A stretch of DNA of 64,000 bases from Vicinamibacterales bacterium (GCA_035758845.1 DASTVZ010000172.1:2812-66811), one strand, 5' to 3'. Counted from the stretch's first letter, positions 19,990 through 29,256 are shown. Program-made: numbers and translations. Notes: generated by a model not told the origin, from the sequence alone.

Positions 19990-22425
19990 CTACTCGGCAC
20001 GCAGCGCGACCGCGGGATCAACGCGCATCGCGCGGCGGGCCGGGGCGAGGCAGCCGAGCAGTGCAGCAGCGAGCAAAATTGCGGGAGCGAGGACAAAGGT
20101 GATTGTGTCCCGCGCATCGACGCCAAAGAGCAGCGTTTCCAGAAATCGGGTGAGCAGAAGCGCAGCGCCGACACCGATTGCAATGCCGAGGACGACGAGA
20201 CGGAGCCCCTCACTCAGCACCAGGCCGACGAGATTCGCTGGCCGGGCACCGAGCGCGAGGCGCAGGCCCATCTCGTGAATCCGTTCTGCGACCGAATACG
20301 ACACAACCGCATACAAGCCCACCACTGCAAGGGCGACGGCAAGGGCAGCAAAGACGCCAATCAGGGCCATTTGAAATCGACGGTTGGCGACCGAGGTTGT
20401 CACGATCTGCTGCATCGTCCGAACCCGGGCAATCGGCTGATTCGGATCGAGCGCCTGCACCGCCTGCCGCGCGGACGCAACAAGCAGCGTCGGATCGCCG
20501 TACGACCGCAGCACAACTGCCATCTGCTCCTTCGGATCCTGACTGAAGTACACGTACACCTGAGGACGGAGTGCACGATCCAACCCTGTGTAACGCGTGT
20601 CGCCGACGACGCCGGCGACTGTGTACCAGACGCCGTCGCGATCGTAGTTCGTGAGTTTTAGACGATGGCCGACGGCGGGACGGCCGGGCCAGGCAGACCG
20701 CGCCATGGTTTGATTAATCCACACACGCGGAGCACCGGGTGACGGTTGAATGGAATCACCTTCGAGCAACGGGATCCCGAGGGCTTCGAAGTAGCCAGCG
20801 GTGATCACGCGGTAGTCGGAAATGATCTCGTGGCCCGGCTGCGGCCGCGGCTGCCCCTCCGCGGTCACTGGCAGCAGGTTCTCACTGCCACTGAGCGGCA
20901 CACCCGAAGTCAACCCCGCAGCTTCGACACCGGGAAGCGACGCCAGACGCTCGATCAAGGACAGGAAAAACGTCGACGCGCGCGCCGGCGTGTATGCCGT
21001 CTTCGGCAGCGCAATCTCCATCGTCAGAATGCGATCGGTGCGAAAGCCGGTGTTCACGTGAATCAAGCGGACGAACGTTTGAACCAAAAGGACCGATCCG
21101 ATCAACAACGTCACCGCAAGTGCGACCTCGAAAACGACCAGCGTGTTGCGCGTGCGCGCTGCGCCTCTTCCCCCCATCATCCCCCGCGATCCTTCACGCA
21201 ATCCCTCGGCGGTGTCGTAGCGTGTGCCGTGCCAGGCGGGAACGGCGCCGAAGAGCATCGCGGTCACGAGGGACAGGACGAGTGTGAACAGGAGAACGTG
21301 CCAGTCGAGACCTGTTTGCGCCGCGGTTGGCAACGAGGCTGGCGCCATCGTGAGCAGCGCGCGCAGCATCCACCAGGCAATAGCCAGTCCTGCGAGCCCT
21401 CCTGCTCCGGCGAGCAACATGCTTTCAGCCAGCGATGTCCAAACCAGCGTCGACCGCGGCGCGCCAAGCGCGTAGCGAACAGAAATCTCCCGCTGCCGCG
21501 CGGTCGTTCTCACCAGCAGCAGGTTCGCAACGTTGGCGCAGGCGATGAGCAGGACCACCCCGACGGCGGTGAGCAAGGCCACCAGGGCCGGCCTGAGCGA
21601 TCCGACGAGTTGCTCACGGAGCGTCATCACACGGACCGTCCAGCCCGCATTCGTCGCGGGAAAGTCGCGCGCAATGTCGGCGGCTATCTTGGCGAGATCG
21701 GCCTGCGCGTCGCTCGGGGTGAGGCCGCGCTTCAGGCGTCCGATGAGCGCGAGGCTCTTACCGCCGCGATTCCGGCGTTGCTCCGGCGTCAGCACGTCGA
21801 GGGTCCACACCACGGGACTCAGCGAAAACCCGAACCCTTGCGGCAGCTCGCCCGCCGCCGGAAAACGAAACCAGTCGGGAAGTACGCCCAGGATGGTGGC
21901 TGGTTCACCATTCAGCGACACCACGCGCCCACTTACGTCTGGATCGGACGCAAAGCTTCGACGCCACAGGCTGTGAGCGATCAGCATCACGCGACCGCGT
22001 CCCTCGTCGCCCAGTTGAAAACTGCGACCGACGACCGGCTGTACGCCGAGGACCTCAAAGAACTCCGCGCTCACCCGTACGGCGCCAATACGCTCGGGCT
22101 CGCCGCGCCCGGTCAGATTCAGCTGCTCGGTGCGCATCGAGGCAAAGCGCTCGAACGTCCGGTTGCCGGAGTAGTAGTCGAGAAAATCAGCGGCAGACGC
22201 CGGCAGTCGGTCGAAGCCGAGCCGCTGTTGGATGTCGGTGCTGAACTCCCAGGGCATGAGAATGCGATCCGCCTCGGGATACGGAAGCGGCTGCAGGAGA
22301 ACGCCGTCAACGACACGGAAGATTGCGGCGTTGGCTCCCAGTCCCAGGGCCAGCGCCATGATCGAGAGCGCCGCAAAGCCCGGCCGCCGGATCAACGCGC
22401 GAATCGCGTATTTGAAACTCTGCAA
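19990..22425 (-). CDS. ADOP-family (duplicated orphan) MacB/FtsX-type ABC permease
   Basis: 811 aa. N-terminus MQSFKYAIRALIRRPGFAALSIMALALGLGANAAIF. Two MacB_PCD+FtsX modules. No adjacent ABC ATPase gene. Confidence 0.85.
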   Translation of the reverse strand: MQSFKYAIRALIRRPGFAALSIMALALGLGANAAIFRVVDGVLLQPLPYPEADRILMPWEFSTDIQQRLGFDRLPASAADFLDYYSGNRTFERFASMRTEQLNLTGRGEPERIGAVRVSAEFFEVLGVQPVVGRSFQLGDEGRGRVMLIAHSLWRRSFASDPDVSGRVVSLNGEPATILGVLPDWFRFPAAGELPQGFGFSLSPVVWTLDVLTPEQRRNRGGKSLALIGRLKRGLTPSDAQADLAKIAADIARDFPATNAGWTVRVMTLREQLVGSLRPALVALLTAVGVVLLIACANVANLLLVRTTARQREISVRYALGAPRSTLVWTSLAESMLLAGAGGLAGLAIAWWMLRALLTMAPASLPTAAQTGLDWHVLLFTLVLSLVTAMLFGAVPAWHGTRYDTAEGLREGSRGMMGGRGAARTRNTLVVFEVALAVTLLIGSVLLVQTFVRLIHVNTGFRTDRILTMEIALPKTAYTPARASTFFLSLIERLASLPGVEAAGLTSGVPLSGSENLLPVTAEGQPRPQPGHEIISDYRVITAGYFEALGIPLLEGDSIQPSPGAPRVWINQTMARSAWPGRPAVGHRLKLTNYDRDGVWYTVAGVVGDTRYTGLDRALRPQVYVYFSQDPKEQMAVVLRSYGDPTLLVASARQAVQALDPNQPIARVRTMQQIVTTSVANRRFQMALIGVFAALAVALAVVGLYAVVSYSVAERIHEMGLRLALGARPANLVGLVLSEGLRLVVLGIAIGVGAALLLTRFLETLLFGVDARDTITFVLAPAILLAAALLGCLAPARRAMRVDPAVALRAE

Positions 22426-22491
22426 GGCCTTTGGGTAACCGAATCTCTATTCTGTATGATGGCGAGTTGAGCCTCAAAGGAGAAACGATAC

Positions 22492-22863
22492 GTGCCCAAG
22501 CTGACAGTCGAAGGATTCGGAACGTTTGACGTCGAGAACGGCAAGCGACTCGTGCTCGCGCTCGAGCAGGACGCACGCGTCGACCAGCTGCACGCCTGCG
22601 GCGGCAACGCTCGTTGTACGACTTGCCGCGTCGAATTCATCGAGGGGGAACCCACGAGAATGACGGTGGCGGAGAAACAGGTGCTCCTGGCAAAGGGAGC
22701 AGTCGGCGTGCGGTTGTCGTGTCAAATCGTCTGCGATCACGACATGAAGGTCCGCGCCATCAGCCGTCTCGCCGGCAGCGGGCGTCCCGATCCAGGACCG
22801 ACACCGGCGTCTTATATCACCCCGCCAGTGGAGTGGAGTGAGCCGCACATTACTGATCGGTAG
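22492..22863 (+). CDS. 2Fe-2S ferredoxin-like protein
   Basis: GTG start preceded by AAGGAG. ACGGNARCTTCRV ... LSCQIVC cysteine pattern. Confidence 0.7.
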   Translation: MPKLTVEGFGTFDVENGKRLVLALEQDARVDQLHACGGNARCTTCRVEFIEGEPTRMTVAEKQVLLAKGAVGVRLSCQIVCDHDMKVRAISRLAGSGRPDPGPTPASYITPPVEWSEPHITDR

Positions 22864-22964
22864 CTCTCGGCTCTCGGCTTCTGGCTTCTGGCTTCTGGCT
22901 TTCGTGCTCATGGAAGGTAGAAAAAGCCAACAGCCCAGCAGCCAACAGCCGGCAGCCAACAGCT
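22864..22964. repeat. GGCTTCTGGCT / AGCCAACAGCC-word element
   Basis: CTCGGCTCTCGGCTTCTGGCTTCTGGCTTCTGGCTT ... AAGCCAACAGCCCAGCAGCCAACAGCCGGCAGCCAACAGC between convergent gene ends. Confidence 0.8.
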
Positions 22965-23984
22965 TCAGTTCCCATACCGCCTTCGAATCATCGGCACCAG
23001 ATACTCGTCGAGCGCCCGATCGAAGTCGTAGCGCGGCGCGAAACCCCAGTCGCGACGCGCGGTCGAGTCGTCGACGTCAGCGGGCCAGGTGTCGACGATT
23101 CCCTGTCGCTGTCGATCGACGTCCCACTCAATCTGGGCCGCGGGAAACGCTTCGAGCACGCGTGTGCGGAATTCCACGGCTGACGGGTTGAAGGCCGCGA
23201 CATTGTATTCGGTCCGGGACAGTTGTTCGCGCGGCGCCGCCGCCAGCGTCACCAACGCGTCGACGCCGTCCGGCATCGCCATGAAGGGGATTCGCGTATC
23301 CTCGCGGACGAAGCATTCATACCGCTCCCCTCTTGCGGCCGCATGAATCATCTCCGGCGCATAATCCGACGTGCCGCCCGACGGCATCGTCACGGCGGAA
23401 ATCAGACCGGGAAAGCGAACGCTGCGAAAATCGACTCGCCCACTCGCGGTCTCCGGGGCCAATTGTTTGTAGTACCTCGCGTAATATCGTCCGAGCTGTT
23501 CGCAATACAGTTTGTTGCAGCCGTACATCGTCGTGGGATGCGTCCACTCGTCTTCCTTCACTTTACCGGCAGCGGCCTTGGTTTGCCGATCGGGAAGGCC
23601 ATACACCGCAATCGATGAGGGATACATGAACACGACCGGGCGGCCGTGAGACTCGGCCTCGTGCTGCGCGAACTCGAGCAGATTCAGGGTGCCCTCAACG
23701 TTGACCTGATGCGCGGTCATCGGCGTGAATTCTGCTCGCGTCGAAAGCAGCGCGGCAAGATGAAAGACGAGTTCGACGCGGAACTCCGCCAGCACGCGTT
23801 CCAGCAATCCGCGATCGAGAATCGAACCGGTAATTTCCCGATCGACCTTCGCCGCGATTGACGAATCGAGCCGATTCAGATCGAGCGTAACGATCCCGCG
23901 ATCGCCCTTTTCGGCCAGGCGATCGATCAGCCCATGACCAATCTCGCCGCCTGCGCCGGTGATGAGAACAACTGGTTTGCGCAC
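22965..23984 (-). CDS. NAD-dependent epimerase/dehydratase family protein (short-chain L-threonine 3-dehydrogenase-like)
   Basis: GTG start (aa 75 of the track ORF) gives VRKPVVLITGAGGEIGHGL. YGCNKLYCE (YxxxK) is present. The longer track ORF would overlap the divergent gene at 24106. Confidence 0.75.
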   Translation of the reverse strand: MRKPVVLITGAGGEIGHGLIDRLAEKGDRGIVTLDLNRLDSSIAAKVDREITGSILDRGLLERVLAEFRVELVFHLAALLSTRAEFTPMTAHQVNVEGTLNLLEFAQHEAESHGRPVVFMYPSSIAVYGLPDRQTKAAAGKVKEDEWTHPTTMYGCNKLYCEQLGRYYARYYKQLAPETASGRVDFRSVRFPGLISAVTMPSGGTSDYAPEMIHAAARGERYECFVREDTRIPFMAMPDGVDALVTLAAAPREQLSRTEYNVAAFNPSAVEFRTRVLEAFPAAQIEWDVDRQRQGIVDTWPADVDDSTARRDWGFAPRYDFDRALDEYLVPMIRRRYGN

Positions 23985-24011
23985 CGAGAAATTATAGTTG
24001 CGGTCGAATTT

Positions 24012-24092
24012 GAACAGGAGAAACGGGAGAAACAGGAGTCGATGTTGTACGCTTGAAGAATAGAGTGCTCTCGTTTCTCTCGTTCTCCTGTT
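24012..24092. repeat. AACAGGAGAAAC-word palindrome
   Basis: The left arm GAACAGGAGAAACGGGAGAAACAGGAG (24012-24038) pairs with the right arm CTCTCGTTTCTCTCGTTCTCCTGTT (24068-24092). It lies in a divergent promoter region. Confidence 0.8.
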
Positions 24093-24105
24093 AAAGGCTC
24101 GTGCC

Positions 24106-25536
24106 GTGATTCGTGTTCTGACACTCGCTGCAACCGCACTCGCGATCGGTCTGGCGTCCCAGGCACCGAACTCCGCGTTCGACGATTCATTCACCGGCGC
24201 TACCATGCGTGTGGATTACTTCCATACCGGCGGCCCGAGCTCCGGCGAAACCATCTCGCTCGATCGCGTCGTCAATGACGGTGACTGGCCGGGCAGCCGA
24301 ACGCAACTCGTCGATTCAACGAATCTCGGCAAATATCGATTCGAGGTACGCAACAAACGGTCCACAGACCTGATGTATTCGCGCGGCTTCGCCTCAATCT
24401 ATGGCGAGTGGGAGACGACCGCGGAACCGAAAACTGTCCACCGCACGTTTCACGAGTCGCTGCGATTCCCGTGGCCGCGAGAAGCGGTAGTCGTCACGCT
24501 CTCGAAACGGCAGCCGGACAACCGCTTCGCGCCGCTGTGGACGACCGAGATCGATCCGGGATCGCGCTTCGTCGTCGCGGTCCCAATCAAACAGCACGCC
24601 GGGCGTGTATGGCCGGTGTTCATCAACGGACCTGCCGCCACAAAGGTGGACCTCCTCGTGATCGGCGAGGGGTACACGGCGCGCGAGATGCCGAAGTTTC
24701 ATGCCGATGTGAAACGGCTGCTGCCGGCGCTCTTCGAACAGGAGCCGTTCAAGAGCCGACGCGCGGATTTCAACGTCCGCGCGCTGGATCTCCCGTCAGC
24801 AGAAAGCGGCATCCATCGTCCGAACGCCGGAGTATTTCGAAGGACGCCCTTGTCGACCGAGTACAACGTCTTCGACTCGGAGCGCTACGTGCTGACCCTC
24901 GACAATCGGGCGTTACGCGATGCGGCATCGGCCGCACCCTATGAGTTCATCGAGATACTCGTCAACGACAAGACGTACGGCGGTGGCGGCATCTTCAACG
25001 ATCAAGCCACGGCGTCGGTCGACAGCGCCTTTTCTCCTTACGTCTTCGTTCATGAGTTCGGACATCATTTCGCGGCGCTCGCCGACGAGTACTACACCTC
25101 GGACGTCGCCTACGAAACCGGCGCGGCCGTGAAGCCGGAACCGTGGGAGCCGAACATCACGGCGCTTCAGGATCCAGCCCAGCTGAAATGGAGAGATCTC
25201 GTCACGGCAGGGACTCCTCTCCCGACGCCGTGGAACAAGGACGAATTCGAAAAACACACGGCCGGAATTCAGCAGCGACGTCGTGAAATTCGCGCGCGAA
25301 ACGCGCCGGAATCCGAGATGGATGCATTGTTCCGCGAGCAGCAGCGATGGGACACGAAATTCCTGTCGTCGATGACGTATTCGGGACGGGTCGGGGCATT
25401 CGAAGGCGCCGGGTATGAAGCGCGCGGACTCTATCGACCCGAGACTGACTGCATCATGTTCACACGCGATGCGGTTGGCTTCTGTCGCGTCTGCCGTCGC
25501 GCGATCGACCGGATTGTTCAGCTGTATTCGAAATAG
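24106..25536 (+). CDS. M64 family (IgA-peptidase-like) zinc metallopeptidase, secreted
   Basis: Signal peptide MIRVLTLAATALAIGLASQ. FVHEFGHHFAALADEYY HExxH motif. N-terminal beta domain. Confidence 0.85.
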   Translation: MIRVLTLAATALAIGLASQAPNSAFDDSFTGATMRVDYFHTGGPSSGETISLDRVVNDGDWPGSRTQLVDSTNLGKYRFEVRNKRSTDLMYSRGFASIYGEWETTAEPKTVHRTFHESLRFPWPREAVVVTLSKRQPDNRFAPLWTTEIDPGSRFVVAVPIKQHAGRVWPVFINGPAATKVDLLVIGEGYTAREMPKFHADVKRLLPALFEQEPFKSRRADFNVRALDLPSAESGIHRPNAGVFRRTPLSTEYNVFDSERYVLTLDNRALRDAASAAPYEFIEILVNDKTYGGGGIFNDQATASVDSAFSPYVFVHEFGHHFAALADEYYTSDVAYETGAAVKPEPWEPNITALQDPAQLKWRDLVTAGTPLPTPWNKDEFEKHTAGIQQRRREIRARNAPESEMDALFREQQRWDTKFLSSMTYSGRVGAFEGAGYEARGLYRPETDCIMFTRDAVGFCRVCRRAIDRIVQLYSK

Positions 25537-25550
25537 GTTCGGTGAGGCGC

Positions 25551-26414
25551 TTAAATCATCCGCAGCGTCGAGATTATCGAGGCGAGAATGGCGAGCACCG
25601 TCGCCAGGAGCAGCAGCAGCGCGATGACCATGTGGTTCACACGCTCGGGCTTGAGTGGATCGAGCAAGACGCTCGCGAAATAACCACCCACGAACCCGCC
25701 GAGATGTGCGGAGTTGTCGACGCGCGCCATGAGCAAACCGGCAATGAAAACGGTGACAGCGCAGCTAAGCGCGTGCGACCTGATCATGCTGCTGCCGCCT
25801 CGATTACCGTAATGCAGTAGTGCGCCGAGCAGTCCGCAGATCCCAGCCGACGCACCCAGAGTCCGGGCTGCGCCGCCAATAATCGGTAGGGAGAAAGGCA
25901 TGTACCCGAGCAGCGAGCTCAAGAGAAACCCGGCGGCCGACGAAACCATGTAAATGATCGCCAGTCGGGCACCGCCGTAGATGTCGGCAACCACCGGACC
26001 GAGATCACGAACCCACATCATGTTGAACACGATGTGCAGAACACTTCCATGGAGCCAGCCGGCGCTGAGTATCGTCCACCATCGGCGAAGGCCGAAGACG
26101 GGATCCGCACCGCTCATGCCAAACATGAAGGCAACCAAATCCGCCGGCGCGAGCAGCGAGAACAGATCGCCTCGCCCCATGACGTTGCCGCCCAGCATCA
26201 TCGTCAGCACAATGGTCAGCATGTACAACACAGCGCAGCCGTAGATGACGAGCGGCACGAAACCAAAATCGTTGCCCAGCCGCCGCAGCACGCCTGCATA
26301 TCCCCAGAGACCGGGATTGCGACGGCCGCAGGTGTAACACTGCTCGTCGTTGACGCCAACCAGCGATCCGCACGATGCGCAGACCACCGATCCTGTTGTC
26401 TGACGCTTGAACAT
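25551..26414 (-). CDS. Rhomboid family intramembrane serine protease with N-terminal zinc ribbon
   Basis: CASCGSLVGVNDEQCYTCG, WLHGSVLHIVFNMM, GASAGICGLLGA (catalytic Ser) and AHLGGFVGGY (His). Confidence 0.85.
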   Translation of the reverse strand: MFKRQTTGSVVCASCGSLVGVNDEQCYTCGRRNPGLWGYAGVLRRLGNDFGFVPLVIYGCAVLYMLTIVLTMMLGGNVMGRGDLFSLLAPADLVAFMFGMSGADPVFGLRRWWTILSAGWLHGSVLHIVFNMMWVRDLGPVVADIYGGARLAIIYMVSSAAGFLLSSLLGYMPFSLPIIGGAARTLGASAGICGLLGALLHYGNRGGSSMIRSHALSCAVTVFIAGLLMARVDNSAHLGGFVGGYFASVLLDPLKPERVNHMVIALLLLLATVLAILASIISTLRMI

Positions 26415-26419
26415 CTAAC

Positions 26420-26525
26420 GAAGCATATAACAGGCGCCTGCGGCCCGAGCGAGGCGCCGGAGGGAAGCGCGCGAAGCGCGTCGCCGAGCGAGAGCGCGTG
26501 GGGGTGGGGCCCCACGCGCAGTAAA
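26420..26525. repeat. GC-rich REP-like element, near-duplicate of 11190-11265
   Basis: GGCGCCTGCGGCCCGAGCGAGGCGCC...GCCGAGCGAGAGCGCGTGGGGGTGGGGCCCCACGCGC. Confidence 0.8.
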
Positions 26526-26578
26526 TAGAGCAGACGCTACTTGACGAGAAACTAACCGATACTTGCAAGCTGACTTCA

Positions 26579-27508
26579 ATGCGAGTTCTCATCACCGGCG
26601 GCACTGGATACCTCGGACAAGCGATCGTTCGCTCACTGCTAAAGCACGGACACCAGCCGATCGTGTTTGCGCGCCATGCGACGACGTCCGGACTGCCAGG
26701 CCGCCACGTCGATGGCGACATTCGCGATCGCGACGCAGTACGACGTGTGGTTGAAGGTGCCGACGCGATCATCCACTCGGCGGCGCTCGTCAGCCTGTGG
26801 CAACCGAACCGAGCCTCGTTCGACGAGGTCAACGTTGGTGGTCTCGAAGCGGTCCTCGACGCCGCGAAGTCCGTCGGCACGCACCGCATCGTCTACACAT
26901 CGTCTTTTTTGGCGCTGCCGCCGCCAGGAGCACACGCGCCGCTCGCAGCGAACGACTACCAGCGAACCAAAGCGAGGGCACTGGCAGTCGCGCGGGCGGC
27001 ACAGTCAGCGGGTCAGCCGATCGTGATCCTCGTGCCCGGTGTGATTTACGGTCCGGGCGCCGCCACCGAAGCCAACCTCGTCGGGCGCCTGGTCGCCGAT
27101 CACCGCGCCGGGCGTCTACCGGGATTAGTCGGTGCTGACCGGACGTGGTCATACGCGTATGTCGACGATGTGGCAGACGCGCATGTCAGCGCGCTGTCGC
27201 CCAGCCTGCTCCGGACTGAATACGTCGTGGGCGGAGTCAACGCCACCCAGATGCGCGTATTCGAGATTTTGCACGCGCTCACTGGGGCAAAACTGCCTCG
27301 GCGCATTCCATTTGGTGTCGCTTCGGCGATTGCCTGGATCGAGGAACGACGCGCGGCGTTGACCGGGCGACCACCGCTCATCACGCTCGGTGCGGTCGAA
27401 ATATTTCGTCACGACTGGAGGCTGGACAGTTCTCGTAGTGTTGAAGAACTCAGCTATCGCGTGACTCCACTCGAAGCGGGGTTGGAGTCATTGCTTTCGG
27501 CACACTGA
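26579..27508 (+). CDS. NAD-dependent epimerase/dehydratase (extended SDR)
   Basis: MRVLITGGTGYLGQAIV Rossmann motif. NDYQRTKARA (YxxxK). Confidence 0.8.
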   Translation: MRVLITGGTGYLGQAIVRSLLKHGHQPIVFARHATTSGLPGRHVDGDIRDRDAVRRVVEGADAIIHSAALVSLWQPNRASFDEVNVGGLEAVLDAAKSVGTHRIVYTSSFLALPPPGAHAPLAANDYQRTKARALAVARAAQSAGQPIVILVPGVIYGPGAATEANLVGRLVADHRAGRLPGLVGADRTWSYAYVDDVADAHVSALSPSLLRTEYVVGGVNATQMRVFEILHALTGAKLPRRIPFGVASAIAWIEERRAALTGRPPLITLGAVEIFRHDWRLDSSRSVEELSYRVTPLEAGLESLLSAH

Positions 27509-27584
27509 CTCGTCCGAGCCGTGGAGATAATCTTGCAGCGAACGCCGATGACCCTGCGAAGCCGACAATGGAAAGCCAGACCCC

Positions 27585-27770
27585 GTGGTGACCTCCTGTC
27601 CTTTCTGCGGGGCGAGCACGGACCTCCCGCACGAAAGTCAGGAGGCGTGCATCGCCGCTCTGCACGAAGAAATCGCCCGCACGCGCGCAATCGTCGAACG
27701 CGTCAGACCCGTAGCCGAGCCTGTTTCGGCAAATGACCAAAATACCCGCGGGGACGGATCCGACAAGTAG
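27585..27770 (+). CDS. Possible small Cys-containing protein upstream of the ECF sigma gene (speculative)
   Basis: 61-aa ORF MVTSCPFCGASTDLPHESQEACIAALHEEI.. (CxxC-x13-C). It overlaps the longer version of the sigma ORF. There is no further support. Confidence 0.25.
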   Translation: MVTSCPFCGASTDLPHESQEACIAALHEEIARTRAIVERVRPVAEPVSANDQNTRGDGSDK

Positions 27771-27825
27771 CGACCCGCCCGACTCTCGGCTAACCCAGGC
27801 CGACAACCCCCGTCTAAGCAATTGG

Positions 27826-28395
27826 ATGCCGCAAACGGACGCCGCCACCGTCGCGCTGGCCCGCGATGGCGATAGCGAAGCCTTTCGGGCGCTGGTCGAG
27901 CGCCACAGCCGCGCTGTCTACCGGCTCGCGTACCGGATGACCGGCTCTGCACAGGACGCTGAAGACGTCGTCCAGGAGACTTTTTTGAAGGCTTACCGAC
28001 AGCTGGGCCGTTTCGAATCGCGAGCGAATTTCAGTACGTGGCTGCATCGGATCGCAGTGAACTGCTCGATCGATCTGATTCGTTCCAGACCGCACCGCGA
28101 AGCGGGACACGACGCGGTGGATCTCGATCAACTTGGCAACGACGACCCGAGTCTGCGACAGGTCTCGCCAGAGCGTCTGATGCTGAGCACCGAAGTCCAG
28201 GATCGCGTTGCCGGCGCGATGTCGTCACTGAGCGTCATGGAACGCTCGGCGTTCACGCTCCGGCACTTTGAAGGGCAATCGATTGAAGAGATCAGCCGCG
28301 CGCTTGGTCTCAAGACGAACGCGACCAAGCACAGTATTTTTCGCGCCGTGAAAAAGATGCGCGTCGCGCTGGAACCACTCGTGTCCGCGGATTGA
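27826..28395 (+). CDS. ECF-type RNA polymerase sigma-70 family factor
   Basis: DGDSEAFRALVERHSRAVYRLAYRMTGSAQDAEDVVQETFLKAYRQL (region 2) and MERSAFTLRHFEGQSIEEISRALGLKTNATKHSIFRAVKKMR (region 4). An alternative upstream ATG lies at 27733. Confidence 0.9.
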   Translation: MPQTDAATVALARDGDSEAFRALVERHSRAVYRLAYRMTGSAQDAEDVVQETFLKAYRQLGRFESRANFSTWLHRIAVNCSIDLIRSRPHREAGHDAVDLDQLGNDDPSLRQVSPERLMLSTEVQDRVAGAMSSLSVMERSAFTLRHFEGQSIEEISRALGLKTNATKHSIFRAVKKMRVALEPLVSAD

Positions 28396-28409
28396 AAGCG
28401 GTAATTCCG

Positions 28410-29183
28410 ATGCACCTGACTGACGACGATTTGATCCTTCACTACTATGGCGAGCTCGAACAGCCAGCCGCCGCGCGGACCGCGGAGCATCTCCGGCAAT
28501 GCGCGACGTGCAACGCCAGCTTCGCCACGTTGCAACGCGTACTCGCCGCAGTCGATTCGACGCCTCCGCTCGAGGTTGGCGACGGCTTCGAACGCAAAGT
28601 CTGGGCCAGGCTGCAGCCCGAATTGGATCGCGGACCTCGCAAGGGGTGGCTTTCCTGGTTCGTTCTTTCACCCGCTCGCCTCGCCTGGGTTGCCGGGTTG
28701 GTCGTGCTCGTTGCCGCAGCGTTCTTCGCCGGACGTGTTTCCCAGTCACCCGCACCGGTTGATACCGGTGAAGCGACGACGGCGTCGAGCACACTCCGCG
28801 AGCGAATCCTGCTCGCCGATCTCGGCCAGCATCTCGATCGTTCGCAGCTGATGCTCACCGAACTCGTGAGCGCTGATCCTGCCGACACGGCGGACTTCGC
28901 GTCGCAGCGCGCGCGGGCCGAAGAACTCGTCGCCGACAACCGCCTCTATCGGCAGACGGCAGCCGCCAACGGCAACACCGCTCTCGCGGCGGTGCTGGAT
29001 GATCTCGAACAGGTACTGGTTGACGTCGCGGCAAGTCCCGACAACGTGTCAGCGGCGGATTTCGATGATGTGCGTCAGCGAATCGAGAACAAGGGATTGC
29101 TGTTGAAGGTGCGTGTGCTGTCGCTGGAGGTTCAGAATCGACAGAAAGCGCAGATACGGTCGCGAGCGGGCCAGAGCTCGTGA
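28410..29183 (+). CDS. Anti-sigma factor (zf-HC2-like, single-pass membrane protein)
   Basis: It starts 15 nt after the sigma-gene stop (the TTG of the track ORF overlaps that stop). HLRQCATCNASFATLQRVL. TM segment WVAGLVVLVAAAFFAG. Periplasmic C-terminal domain. Confidence 0.8.
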   Translation: MHLTDDDLILHYYGELEQPAAARTAEHLRQCATCNASFATLQRVLAAVDSTPPLEVGDGFERKVWARLQPELDRGPRKGWLSWFVLSPARLAWVAGLVVLVAAAFFAGRVSQSPAPVDTGEATTASSTLRERILLADLGQHLDRSQLMLTELVSADPADTADFASQRARAEELVADNRLYRQTAAANGNTALAAVLDDLEQVLVDVAASPDNVSAADFDDVRQRIENKGLLLKVRVLSLEVQNRQKAQIRSRAGQSS

Positions 29184-29256
29184 CCACGGACGAACACGGG
29201 CCACGGACGAACACGGGCCACGGAATACCACGGAATACCACGGAATAACACGGAAA
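29184..29256. repeat. Intergenic perfect tandem repeats: (CCACGGACGAACACGGG)x2 then (CCACGGAATA)x3
   Basis: Read directly after the anti-sigma stop codon. Confidence 0.85.

Noticed and set aside
20746-22470. 574-aa plus-strand ORF opposite the ADOP permease
   Set aside because: An antisense shadow ORF (Arg/Gln/His-rich). The minus strand encodes a coherent multi-TM permease.
27790-27816. ECF-type autoregulatory promoter (GCTAACC-N15-CGTCTAA) in front of the sigma gene
   Set aside because: It matches the GGAAC..CGTC pattern only partially. It lies just ~10 nt from the ATG at 27826 and inside the alternative longer ORF. That is too weak to call without transcription-start-site data.
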